A stretch of 64,000 nucleotides of DNA from an uncultured virus (IMG/VR IMGVR_UViG_3300011969_000080). Taxonomy: Duplodnaviria > Heunggongvirae > Uroviricota > Caudoviricetes. Where the stretch lies: the IMG/VR virus record IMGVR_UViG_3300011969_000080; one strand, 5' to 3'. A program made the translations under genes and the position numbers. Of the stretch, positions 38,990 to 48,942 are shown piece by piece. The first letter of the stretch is position 1; each line of letters begins with the position of its first letter. Below the pieces are notes generated by a model. It was not told where the DNA came from, searched no databases, and saw only the letters and a program-made list of their open reading frames with translations.

Positions 38990-39043
38990 TCGGCCGCACA
39001 GGTCCTGCGCGTGAATCGCACGCCGGCCCCCACGTTGGGAAGC

Positions 39044-39961
39044 ATGGCTGAAGTACGACCAGCGCACTGGTGCAAGAAGTGCCCGTCCGACCCCGAAAAC
39101 CGCACGCGGTGCCTCGGGCCGCTGAATTACGCGGCCGAGCTGTGCCACAAGCACCTTTCGCACGCCGAGGACACGGCCGCCCCCGTACACACCATGCACG
39201 TGGGGCCCGCGCTGCCCGTTGCCGAGGCCGTGCTACTTGAATGCCAGCGGTGCGGCGAGCCGACCAGTGAGCTGGACGGGGTCTGCTTCCGTTGCGACCA
39301 GCTCGCCGCCGGCCCCAAGTGCGTGTACTGCCACGAGGCGCTCGCCAGCGGCTGGGTTGACGTCTGTGAGCGGTGCCGGCTGGGCGCCGCCAACGGCCCC
39401 GCGAACGAAGAGGCGTTGTATGAGATGGGCCGCCAGGCCTTCATGGCCGGCGAGGCCGAGGACCCCGCGTTCAGCGTTGAGATTGGTGTGGCCCTGGGGG
39501 GCCTGGTCAAGACTGCGCCGCGAACCCAGCACATTGTGGCTGCGTTCACTGCGGGCTGGCGGGACGCCCGCGACACTGCCGCGCTGGCCACGCCGTCCGC
39601 AGAGGCGACCCGCGTGTGCGAGATCTGCGGAGCGGAGATCACCTTTGTCGAGTGGCGCGCGGGCCCCGATGACCTTTGCCTCTTCTGCCGCACGAGCGCT
39701 GACGGCCCGTCCCCGATGACTATCCCAGGCGACGACGCCCTGCCGTGTGACGAGGCCCCACCAGACGACATCCCGGGGGACGAGGACGCTGTCGGCTGCC
39801 CCCACGAACTGATCAACTCCGGCATCACGGATGGTGTCCGACACACCTGGTGCGACAGCTGCTTCGCGCAGCTGAGCGTGACAGGGCTTGAGGTTTGCCC
39901 CAAGTGTGGTGAGGCCACCCGCGACCCGGGCGAGGCCCTCTGTACCGGCTGCGATCAGTAA
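39044..39961 (+). CDS. Multi-CxxC zinc-finger protein
   Basis: About ten CxxC pairs; leaderless ATG. Confidence 0.7.
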   Translation: MAEVRPAHWCKKCPSDPENRTRCLGPLNYAAELCHKHLSHAEDTAAPVHTMHVGPALPVAEAVLLECQRCGEPTSELDGVCFRCDQLAAGPKCVYCHEALASGWVDVCERCRLGAANGPANEEALYEMGRQAFMAGEAEDPAFSVEIGVALGGLVKTAPRTQHIVAAFTAGWRDARDTAALATPSAEATRVCEICGAEITFVEWRAGPDDLCLFCRTSADGPSPMTIPGDDALPCDEAPPDDIPGDEDAVGCPHELINSGITDGVRHTWCDSCFAQLSVTGLEVCPKCGEATRDPGEALCTGCDQ

Positions 39962-39983
39962 GCCACCCACCACGGTGTAGCGC

Positions 39984-41990
39984 ATGAGCTGGTTCCAGAA
40001 GCGAGACAACCCCCACACTGCCGAGGTGCGCGCCGAGATGGCCGCCTCGGGGTTTGCGGTGCTGCCCGAGGGGCGCGTGTTGCTGCCCGGGGGTGTGGAC
40101 GCTGACGTTGCGCAGGCCGCGGCTGAGAACTGCCAGTCGATCTTGGGCGGTACGTGGGTGCCCCCCACGGAGGCCCAGCGCCTGGCCACGCAGGGGGCGC
40201 TTCGGGTGGCGGCTGGCGGCGCTAACCTTCCCTGGGGGGCCGACTACCTGACAGCACCCGAAGCTGCCCGCCGGGAGTGGGCGGTGGGCGGGGTCGGCCA
40301 GGGTGACGTATGGGCCGCCTCCGAGATGCCCTACGCCCCATGGGGGTACATCCTCAACGCCCTGGACCTGCTGGCCCGCCTGGCTGCGGCACTGCCCGTG
40401 GTGGTGACCTGGGCCCCAGAACCAGACGCCGGCATGGTCCTGCTGCGTGGGGTCGTCGGCGGACTCAGTGCTACCCCCGCCGACGTTGATGCGCTCGAGA
40501 ACGCCGCGTCGCTGGTCACGCTCGCGTGGAGTGAGGCGCTCCGGACTACTTTTGACCAGCTCGCCACCCTTCCGCTCGAGTCTGTGGGCCGGGTCCGGGG
40601 TGCCCTGCTGCACACATCGACGCGCGGCCTGGGGCGCGCCGTCCACCAGGCACTCCCTGCGTGCGCCGAGCTGCTGGCCGAGGGCCTGGCTGACGCGGCG
40701 GAGCTTTTGGCGGCTACGGCCCTAACCCGCATACCGCCGGAGCTGGCAGTCAGTGCCGGTGTGTGCGCCGAAGCCTGCAAGCCGAACTTTGCCGGGGCCG
40801 CCGCGGGTGTCCCGGTGGTGCTTTACCCAGACGCGGCGGACTTTTCTGCAATACCGGCTGTCGCGGACGTGGTACTTCCGGGAGGTGTGCCCCTGCAGTG
40901 GGCTTACGAGGCCGCCGTTGGATGTCAGTCGATAGTTGACGGCACGTGGGCGCCACGAACGGAGCCTGGGCGTCTGGCGCTACAGGACGAACTCCGTATG
41001 GCGGTCGACGGTATCGCTCTTCCGTGGGGCGTGCAGTATCTGAGCGCGCCGCTGGCTGACCGCCGGACGTGGGCGGCGGCCGGGGTCGGGCATGGCGAAG
41101 TGTGGTCCGCGTCCCCAATGCCGTACATGCCATGGGGGGACGTCCTCGCCGCCCTGTCCCTACTGGCCAACCTGGCTGAGGCGCTGCCGGAGGTGGCGGC
41201 CTGGGACGAGAACGTCATTGACGTCCTGGTGGGCCGCGTCGTCCAGATGAGCGCCTACCCGTACGACGCAGCTGCCCTGAGGGGCGCTGCGGCGCTGGTC
41301 ACACTCGCGTGGGCTGAGGCGTTCCGGGTGCTAATCGTGGGCTCGGACGACGAGGCCGAGAACGATGCGCCCGCCACGGCAGGGTCATCCCCGGAGCTGC
41401 CGCCCGGCACACCGTACGACCAGCTTGCGGGGTGCGTCCCGCCGCCGGCGCTGTCACTCGCCGCGCTGCAGTCGTACATCGACGACTGCGCGAGCTACCA
41501 CCCCACCAGGACGAGCGGCGGCCGCGAGCACACACCCTGGGTTGCCGTCCGCTCGGCGATGCTGGGTCTGTCCCCCGTCACGGATGGCGCCGGCTCCCCT
41601 GTCTCCCCGCAGGAGGTGCGCCGCCTGGTGGGCGGAGTCGCGGACGCCACCTCCAAGGCGTCCTGGCTCGCACAGATGGCGCGGAACGCCGAGGGACTGC
41701 TGGGCCCGGGGGCCGCGGCGGGTGCCATGAGCGCCCAGCGGGCCGTGCGCGGCTCACTCAAACGGGGCGATCTGCGCGGACTACGGCGGAACACCACCCA
41801 GCTTCGATCTGCCCTTGTCGACCTGGGCGTGCTCCAGCAGGGCGCGCCGCGCGACGCCGGGCCCGCAGCCCCCACAGGCACACCGCCCGCGGCGCCGGTA
41901 TCGGTGCCAAGCACCGGGGCTACCTCCCCGCGACGCAGGGGCCGGGGCACAGTAGATGAGCCCACCGTTTGGCGCCCGCCGGGACGCTGA
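39984..41990 (+). CDS. Large repeat-domain hypothetical protein
   Basis: Two copies of CQSI.GTW.P.TE..LPWG..YL.AP..MPY.PWG. Confidence 0.75.
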   Translation: MSWFQKRDNPHTAEVRAEMAASGFAVLPEGRVLLPGGVDADVAQAAAENCQSILGGTWVPPTEAQRLATQGALRVAAGGANLPWGADYLTAPEAARREWAVGGVGQGDVWAASEMPYAPWGYILNALDLLARLAAALPVVVTWAPEPDAGMVLLRGVVGGLSATPADVDALENAASLVTLAWSEALRTTFDQLATLPLESVGRVRGALLHTSTRGLGRAVHQALPACAELLAEGLADAAELLAATALTRIPPELAVSAGVCAEACKPNFAGAAAGVPVVLYPDAADFSAIPAVADVVLPGGVPLQWAYEAAVGCQSIVDGTWAPRTEPGRLALQDELRMAVDGIALPWGVQYLSAPLADRRTWAAAGVGHGEVWSASPMPYMPWGDVLAALSLLANLAEALPEVAAWDENVIDVLVGRVVQMSAYPYDAAALRGAAALVTLAWAEAFRVLIVGSDDEAENDAPATAGSSPELPPGTPYDQLAGCVPPPALSLAALQSYIDDCASYHPTRTSGGREHTPWVAVRSAMLGLSPVTDGAGSPVSPQEVRRLVGGVADATSKASWLAQMARNAEGLLGPGAAAGAMSAQRAVRGSLKRGDLRGLRRNTTQLRSALVDLGVLQQGAPRDAGPAAPTGTPPAAPVSVPSTGATSPRRRGRGTVDEPTVWRPPGR

Positions 41991-42096
41991 GCGCCTGCGG
42001 GGCCTGCTAACTCCGCAGAGCTGCCGACCGGCGCCCCGTACTCCGGGGCGGGCCCAGCCCCTCGGGCTAAAGGGCCCGGCGCCCACGGTGGGAGGC

Positions 42097-44574
42097 ATGA
42101 TAACCCCGCCGAAGGACACGTACAGGGCGGACGACCTGCTGGCCGGTGTCGCGCCACCCCCGCTCACGCTTGACCAGCTGCGCCTGGCTGTGGGCTACTG
42201 TGCCAACTTTCGCCCAACCACCGACCAGCACGTGGGGATCCTTGCAAAACCCTGGGTGGTTATCGCCGCCGGCCTGCTCGGCCTCGCCTCGTTTGCTGAA
42301 CCCGGTGGGGACCCCCTGACGCCTGGCGCCATCCGAACGCTGGTTGGCGACGACGCGCTGACCATTTGCGCCGCGGCTTGGCTGACTGAGCTCTCGCAGC
42401 GGAAGTTCGGACGCCCAGGTGGCGGACCCCTCGCCCCCAAGCACGCCCGGGATCTATTCCGCAAGGGCCTCACCGGCCGCAACCTGGACAGGGTGCGCCA
42501 GTCTGCCAACAACCAGTACGCGCTGCTCGTAGCCGCTGGTCACCTGCCCGCCGTCGAGGCAGCTGACGGGGACAGTGCCACAGTCCGATGCTTCCTGTCC
42601 GACCACCCGCTCGTTCCCAAGCCGGTGTACACGCACACCCCCGAGCAGATGGCCGCGCACGACTTGGTGCTTCGCGGCCAGCGGCAGGGTGAGGGCCGTG
42701 TTGAGGGCCCCGCGCCGGTCCCGGACGCGGAAATCGCCGACACCCTAATCAACCCCCTGCCTGGTTTTGCCGCCCCGGCGCAGATTGACCTGTCGCAGCT
42801 GCGGGAGGCGATCGGGCACTGCGCGGAGTACAAGCCTGACTGCATCGTCACCCCAGCCCCGGGTGGCACACCTGTTCCGGCGTGGGTGGTCCTTCGCGCG
42901 GCACAGGTGCAACTCTCTGCTGTTTGCAAGGTGGACGGACGCCGCATGTCCGTGAGCGACGTGGAGGCGTTGGCGGGGGTGACCGCGCTGACCACCGTGG
43001 ACGCGGCGTCCGTCTTTGCACTCACGCACGCCCGGCGCCTCTGGCTGGACGCGCAGCACCTCGCTGTTGCCGCCCGCCAGGAGGCGCTGCTCCGGGAAGC
43101 CTTTGCCCTGCGAGATCGGGCACTGGTGGATCGGCTGTACCTTCGGCAGTACGCACTCCTGATCAGCGGCGGCGCGATACTCGCACCCGCCGGCTACCTG
43201 CTGGGGGAGGGTGCGTCAGCGGGGTGGGGTGCCCGCGCGGGGTGGGGCCTGGCTGTTGGGGAGTTCACCCAGCTGCTGAGCGAGTTCTCCTCCGCGCCTG
43301 ACGCCAACGTCCGGCCCGCGTTCGCGGACCCGGACGCTGTCCTGGCGCTTGCACTATCCATGGCGGGCGACCCGGGCGTGAGCGACGCTCCCGCTACCCT
43401 GTGTGGCTTCGCCATCCCGGCGCAGCTAAGCCTGCCCCTTCTGCGGGAGGCAATCGGGCACTGCGCGAACTACGCACCTGACTACGACGTCTACTGCGAC
43501 CCCGACGGCAGGCCGGTTCCGGCGTGGGTGGTCCTTCGCGCTGCGCGGTTGGGCCCCACACCCGTCACCGGGATTGGCGGGGTGCCCATGTCGCGGGGCG
43601 ACGTGGAGGGGCTGGCGGGACCCGCGGCGCTTATCACCACCGAGGCGGAGTGGGCTTCCGGGTTCACGGGCATTGTGAGCGCGAGCCTAGACGGGGCGCA
43701 CGTCGCCGCCTACGCCCGGCAGTCAGCGCTGCTCCACGACGCCTACGACCGGCGGGACCAGGACCGGGTGGCCGCACTGTTCCTCCGGGAGATTGCGCTG
43801 CTGGTCAGCGCCGGCGAGGTCACCGCCACGGTACAGGCCAGCAGCCCCGACACGCCAGACACGGCGTGGGGTGTGGCGTGCGCAGAGTTCGACGAGCTGC
43901 TGAGGGAGTTCCCCACCGCGCCTGCGGCGGCTGCGGGGCCCGCAATCCAGGACACAGACAGCCCCGACACGGTGTTTACGCCACAGGATCTCCCCGCCGC
44001 GGGTGACGCCACCGGCGGGCCGCTGCAGGGCGGCGCCAAGCGGGCCACCAGCGGCGCAACGCTGCTCGACGCGATCAGCGTGCCCATTGCGGCAATAGTC
44101 GCCAGCGTAGTCACGATCCCGGCGGCGGTGTGGCCCTCCGTGCGGCCCGTGGCATGGGCCTGCTGGGGCCTAGGTGTCCTGCTCTTCCTGCGCCTCGGCT
44201 GGCGTGGAATGAGGCACGCCCGTGCCGAGCGCCACGGGGTGGCAGCTGCGGGCGTCGCCCCAATCCAGGAGGACAGCGGGGCACGCCCCCATGACGTGGC
44301 CGCGCCGCAGGGCACCCACGCCGTCGACGCGGGCCGGTGCTCCGACAGCGGGACGACGTTCGGGCTGTGGGGCAGGTACGCCCTGGGGATGGCCACAATG
44401 TACGCCACGATACGTTTTGGGGTCTCGTGGCTATTCGCGGTACTGCCCTCCTGGGCGGCCTTCGCCGTTGCCATCGGTCTAGCCTCGGCCGCGTTCTGGC
44501 TGACACGTAACAGCAGGAACGCGTGGCTGGCGCACTGGCTGGGGACGGGGCACATCCGCCATGGCCACCGCTGA
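42097..44574 (+). CDS. Large repeat-domain membrane protein
   Basis: Three copies of G.A.P..L.L..LR.A.G.CA.Y.P..PAWVV; C-terminal TM helices. Confidence 0.75.
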   Translation: MITPPKDTYRADDLLAGVAPPPLTLDQLRLAVGYCANFRPTTDQHVGILAKPWVVIAAGLLGLASFAEPGGDPLTPGAIRTLVGDDALTICAAAWLTELSQRKFGRPGGGPLAPKHARDLFRKGLTGRNLDRVRQSANNQYALLVAAGHLPAVEAADGDSATVRCFLSDHPLVPKPVYTHTPEQMAAHDLVLRGQRQGEGRVEGPAPVPDAEIADTLINPLPGFAAPAQIDLSQLREAIGHCAEYKPDCIVTPAPGGTPVPAWVVLRAAQVQLSAVCKVDGRRMSVSDVEALAGVTALTTVDAASVFALTHARRLWLDAQHLAVAARQEALLREAFALRDRALVDRLYLRQYALLISGGAILAPAGYLLGEGASAGWGARAGWGLAVGEFTQLLSEFSSAPDANVRPAFADPDAVLALALSMAGDPGVSDAPATLCGFAIPAQLSLPLLREAIGHCANYAPDYDVYCDPDGRPVPAWVVLRAARLGPTPVTGIGGVPMSRGDVEGLAGPAALITTEAEWASGFTGIVSASLDGAHVAAYARQSALLHDAYDRRDQDRVAALFLREIALLVSAGEVTATVQASSPDTPDTAWGVACAEFDELLREFPTAPAAAAGPAIQDTDSPDTVFTPQDLPAAGDATGGPLQGGAKRATSGATLLDAISVPIAAIVASVVTIPAAVWPSVRPVAWACWGLGVLLFLRLGWRGMRHARAERHGVAAAGVAPIQEDSGARPHDVAAPQGTHAVDAGRCSDSGTTFGLWGRYALGMATMYATIRFGVSWLFAVLPSWAAFAVAIGLASAAFWLTRNSRNAWLAHWLGTGHIRHGHR

Positions 44575-45220
44575 CCGCCGGGCCGGGCACGCTGCGCCGG
44601 CGAAAAAGGACGAGGACCCCCGCGCGCTCTACTACGCCGCCATCGCCGCCAAGGCCCCCAAACGCTCGCGGGCATCGACGGGCAGGAAGCTGCTCACCGC
44701 CGCCGAAAGCAAGGACCGGGATCCGGTGCGGGACCTGATGGCCGCCGCCAGGGCTCTACTCCCGGAGGTGCCCCGCACCGACGGCCCGCTCGACTTCGAG
44801 TTCGTGGTGTCCTTCCCCGCCCCCATTGACGTCCGCACCAGCAACAAGCTGAACGAGGAGGCCGAAACCCACTGGTCCGCCCGGTCGAAGTACCGGAAGG
44901 TGTGGCGGGATGCTGCGCGGGAGGCGGTGTGGGCAGTGCGCGAGCAGCTGGCCCCGCTGGCCGGGTGCCCCATCTCCGTCACGGTGTCCATCCCCCGCGC
45001 TACACACGGCTGGATAGATGAGCATGGGCTTGTGGATACCCTGGTCAAGCCCTGCGTGGACGCCATTGTCGACACAGGTGTGCTCATTCCGGACGACCAC
45101 ACGAAGCCGGGGGAGTACACGTGGGTGGTGGTGGAGCAGCCCATCGCGCGCTACGGCGCCGGCGACGTCCTGATAGGCATCCGGCATGCGCAGCCCGACC
45201 GGTGGGACCCCGCCGCCTGA
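44561..45220 (+). CDS. RusA-like Holliday junction resolvase
   Basis: N..HWSARSK..W; DEHGLVDTLVKPCVDAIVDTGVLIPDD. Confidence 0.65.
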   Translation: MATADRRAGHAAPAKKDEDPRALYYAAIAAKAPKRSRASTGRKLLTAAESKDRDPVRDLMAAARALLPEVPRTDGPLDFEFVVSFPAPIDVRTSNKLNEEAETHWSARSKYRKVWRDAAREAVWAVREQLAPLAGCPISVTVSIPRATHGWIDEHGLVDTLVKPCVDAIVDTGVLIPDDHTKPGEYTWVVVEQPIARYGAGDVLIGIRHAQPDRWDPAA

Positions 45221-45760
45221 GCCGCGGCGGTTGGCGGGCCCGGCCCAAACGGCCACGTCGACGCCCCTGAGGCCGTGCCGGCACCCGGCGGCCCGCCACA
45301 CCCTGAAAACCCGCCCAGCGGGCTCCTGGACCCCTTCCTGGCCCTGTTTGGTGGAAGGCCCCGGCGGTCTGGACTTTCCCCGCAGCCTGTGGTACACGCG
45401 CCGCCCCTACGTCGGCCCCGGGTGCCCCGTACCCCACCGCGATGTACCTGAACGAGGACAACCGCTTTTGTCCCCGAACGAGGACACGCGGGGGCGCCCC
45501 TAGCGGCCTACGGCGACCTTGCCGGGCTCCGCGGGTGGGAGCTGCTAACTCTGAGTTAGCAGTTGCCGCCGGGCCGGTGCCGTACGTTCTGGGGCGGACA
45601 GGCGGTCCCCCACGGTGGCCGCCACCTGTGGTGTCAGGAAGACCCCCGGAGTTGCCGGAACCGACGCCACCGCGCTGCCCGCGACACCCCCAGACAGTTG
45701 GGGAGCACGGGGTGTCACGGCCCGCTTGTGTTAGCCACTGCGGCGCGCACAGTCACCCCT

Positions 45761-46123
45761 ATGAGCAAATACCCGAGCAGCCACCCCTCCCCCGCCCGCA
45801 CCCTACGTTCCGCCGCAGCGGCCGCGTGGCACCGCTGGGGCACCCTGGGTGGCCTCTACCGCGTGCTCGTCACGCTGGCCGTCGTGGCGACGTTCGTGGT
45901 GCCCCTCTGGGTCTGGCTGAGGAACCCACTGCTTGTCCTGGCCTACGTGCTTCTCTACGCGCCGGTGGTGGTCGTGGGCATCGCGGACGTTGTCATGATC
46001 GTGATGACTGGCGCGCGGGGGTGGCGGGGCGTGTCGGAGTACCGCGAGTCCGTACACGCGGCGGAGCTCCGCCGGGCCGACCGGATGCGCGAGCAGCAGC
46101 ACGAGTACGAGCGCGGTCGCTAG
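45761..46123 (+). CDS. MSKY-family membrane protein, copy 1
   Basis: TTGTGT-N16-CACAGT-N7-ATG; two TM segments. Confidence 0.7.
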   Translation: MSKYPSSHPSPARTLRSAAAAAWHRWGTLGGLYRVLVTLAVVATFVVPLWVWLRNPLLVLAYVLLYAPVVVVGIADVVMIVMTGARGWRGVSEYRESVHAAELRRADRMREQQHEYERGR

Positions 46124-46456
46124 GGACCCTGCGCGCCCCTCCATGATCTGACTGTGGTAGATCCGGGCCTGGTGCCGCCGAAGGCGTTGTGGGCCAGGGG
46201 ATCGGCTGTCCCCGGCTCGCCGGTTGTCGCACCGAAACCGTAGAGGGGCCCGCCGGGGTGTGTCCGAACGAGGACGTAGCAGGCACGCCTGCGAGCTGTT
46301 ACCCCCGGCTCGGGGCAACTGATAACTCAGAGTTAGCAGTTCGACCACGCGTGGGGGCACACACCTGGGTAGTTGGGGAGCACGGGGCGCGCCCTCCCAC
46401 AAACCAGGCAGCTGCAAGCCCTTGTGCCCGGCGAGTGTGCGCGCAAGGTCAAGTAC

Positions 46457-46819
46457 ATGAGCAAATACCTGAGCAACCACCCGTCCACCGCCCGCGCCCT
46501 GCACTCCGCCGCGGAGGCGGCCCAGTACCGTTGGGACACCCTGAGTGGCCCCGCCCGCGGCCTCTACCGCGTGCTTGTCCCGCTGGCGGTCGTGGCGGCC
46601 TTCGTGGTGCCCTCCTGGGCCTGGCTGGGGAGCCCCCTGGCTTTCCTGCCGTACGCCGCGTACGCCGCGCTCGCGGCGCTGTGGGCCACCATGGTGGCCA
46701 CGGTCGGCGCCATGTTCATCGTCACGCTGCGTGAGAGCGTCGCGGACATCCGCGAGTCCGTCCGCGAGGCCGCGCTCCGCCGGGCAGCTCGCGTGCGCTG
46801 GTACCAGCGCACCCACTAG
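46457..46819 (+). CDS. MSKY-family membrane protein, copy 2
   Basis: Paralog of copy 1; TTGTGC-N16-CAAGGT-N7-ATG. Confidence 0.7.
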   Translation: MSKYLSNHPSTARALHSAAEAAQYRWDTLSGPARGLYRVLVPLAVVAAFVVPSWAWLGSPLAFLPYAAYAALAALWATMVATVGAMFIVTLRESVADIRESVREAALRRAARVRWYQRTH

Positions 46820-46885
46820 GGCCACCGTCCGCGGCTAGCCCGGCCACCCCCGCTCTTCCCGGCCTGGCGGCCGTTCGGCCTCTCA

Positions 46886-47034
46886 CTGGGTGTGTCGGGT
46901 TTCCGACTGGTTCTGTGCTGCGCCGCAAGGGATCTCGCGGCGCGGGCACCACCAGGCCTGAGATCTCGCCCTGATCACTCGCTCAGCAGGGCGCTGACCT
47001 GCGGAAACACCCAGATCTAACCCGACACACCCGG
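46886..47034. mobile_element. 149-bp MITE-T copy 2
   Basis: Homologous to 13934-14082; TSD TCA. Confidence 0.92.
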
Positions 47035-47095
47035 TCACAAAAACAGGCAGCTGCAAGCCCTTGCGCCCGCCGGGTGCGCATGCAAGGTGGGGTAC

Positions 47096-47266
47096 ATGAG
47101 CAAATACCTGAACAGCCCCCCGCCCACCGTCCGCACCGCGTACTGCGCGCTCGGTCGCGTCGTCGCTGCTGTCCGGGAGCTCGTGATCGGCCGGCAGGGG
47201 GACCCCTTCGAGCGTGAGCAGCGCCTCCACCACCTCCGGATGAGCGAGTACCTGCGCGGGCGCTAG
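47096..47266 (+). CDS. MSKY-family short copy 3 (56 aa, TM region missing)
   Basis: Duplicated promoter and MSKYLNS start. Confidence 0.5.
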   Translation: MSKYLNSPPPTVRTAYCALGRVVAAVRELVIGRQGDPFEREQRLHHLRMSEYLRGR

Positions 47267-47335
47267 GCCCCGGCGCCCCGTCCTGCGCCGGGCGGACTTG
47301 TGGCAGGTCGGCACTCGGCCACCACGGTCCCGCCC

Positions 47336-48742
47336 ATGACCCCCACAGAGCGGACAGAAAGCCGGGCCGGCGGACGACGCGGCGCCGATCGGGCCCAGCG
47401 ATCTGCCGCGCGGATAGCCGAGATTGAGCAGGAGCTCCTGGGCCGGGTGGACCGGACGCCACTAACGAGTGGCCGGGATCGGACCCTGCAGGACCGCGCA
47501 GGCGCCTTGATGGGACTGCTTGGGGACCCACAGCGCACCTTCCCAGTCATCCACGTCACCGGCACCAACGGCAAGACCTCCACCACGCGCCTGGCCGAGC
47601 GCCTGCTGCGGGAGCTCGGCCTGACCACCGGGCGTTTCACCTCCCCGCACCTGCACGACATCCGCGAACGGATTGCCCTGGACGGGGCGCCGATCGCCGC
47701 CGACAAGTTCATCAGCGCGTACTCGCGCGTACTCCCCGCCGCCAAAAAGGTGGACGCACAGCTGGTCGCCGCGGGCGAGGCGCCCCTGGCTTTCTTCGAG
47801 GTCCTGACAGCTGTTGCATTCGTCGCATTCGCCAAGGCGGGCGTGAACGCCGTCGTCGTCGAGGTGGGCATCGGGGGCACACACGACTCCACCAACATTG
47901 TCGACGCCGAGGTTGCCGTGGTGACCCCCATCGGCATGGACCACATGCAGATCCTGGGCGACACGCTGGAGGCCATCGCCACCGACAAGTCCGGCATCAT
48001 CAAAGCTGGGGCCGTAGTCATCAGCAGCTTCCAGGAGCCGGCCGCCGCCACCGTACTCGCCGCCCGTGCCCAGGAGGTCGGTGCGACGTTGGCTTTGGAG
48101 GGCAGCGAGTTCTGCGTCCTAAGCCGAGAGGCCGCACCCGGCGGGCAGTACCTCACCCTGTGCGGCCTGGGCGGGGAGTACGACGACCTGTTTCTCCCGC
48201 TGTACGGGGCCCACCAGGCGCAGAACGCCGCGGTGGCCGTGGCGGCCGTGGAAGCGTTCATGGGCGTCGACGGGCGCCGGACCCTGGACGCCACCACCGT
48301 TCGCGCTGCGCTGGCCGGGGCGTCATCCCCGGGACGCCTCGAAGTGGTGCGCCGCGAACCGACCGTCGTGGTGGACGCCGCCCACAACCCGGCCGGGGCC
48401 CTGGTCCTGCGCGCCGCGGTGCGGGACTCGTTCCACTTCGTCACGATGGTCGGGGTTGTGGCCATCCTCGAAGGCAAGGCCGCAGCTGAGATGCTTGAGA
48501 TCCTTGAGCCGGTGCTGGACCAGATCATCGTCACCCGCACCACGTCAGCGCGGGCCATGAGCCCCGACGCCCTGGGCGCCCTCGCCAGTGCGGTCTTTGG
48601 CGTGGACCGGGTGACCGTAGTCGACAGTCTTACCGAGGCTATCGCCCTGGCGCGGGTGCGGGCCGGCGAGAGCGGCGCAGTCCTGGTCACCGGCTCAGTC
48701 ACCACGGCCGCCGAGGCCCGCAAGCTGCTCGGCGCGGTGTAG
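47336..48742 (+). CDS. folC: Folylpolyglutamate/dihydrofolate synthase
   Basis: IHVTGTNGKTS, FTSPHL, EVGIGG.DSTN, DH, PGRLE, DAAHNP, TGS. Confidence 0.95.
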   Translation: MTPTERTESRAGGRRGADRAQRSAARIAEIEQELLGRVDRTPLTSGRDRTLQDRAGALMGLLGDPQRTFPVIHVTGTNGKTSTTRLAERLLRELGLTTGRFTSPHLHDIRERIALDGAPIAADKFISAYSRVLPAAKKVDAQLVAAGEAPLAFFEVLTAVAFVAFAKAGVNAVVVEVGIGGTHDSTNIVDAEVAVVTPIGMDHMQILGDTLEAIATDKSGIIKAGAVVISSFQEPAAATVLAARAQEVGATLALEGSEFCVLSREAAPGGQYLTLCGLGGEYDDLFLPLYGAHQAQNAAVAVAAVEAFMGVDGRRTLDATTVRAALAGASSPGRLEVVRREPTVVVDAAHNPAGALVLRAAVRDSFHFVTMVGVVAILEGKAAAEMLEILEPVLDQIIVTRTTSARAMSPDALGALASAVFGVDRVTVVDSLTEAIALARVRAGESGAVLVTGSVTTAAEARKLLGAV

Positions 48743-48942
48743 TTATCCCAGGTTTCCCGGAAAGCGGATAACTCGGGATAACCAGGCCGCGGCTTGGCGC
48801 GGGGTAGCGAAACTTTCAGTAAGTTTTGTCAGGCCTGGCCCGTCCGCAACCCGTGGGGGCGGTGTTGGCTGGCCGGGGCTTGCGCATCCGTACCGCGCGC
48901 GCAGGGTCTGAGGTACCGAACCACGCCCGGGAGGACACACCC

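Noticed and set aside
48741..48785. GTTATCC/GGATAAC inverted repeats (also TTATCCCGGATAA near 14310) as dif-like sites
   Set aside because: Spacing and arms do not fit a 28-bp Xer site, and there are too few copies to call.
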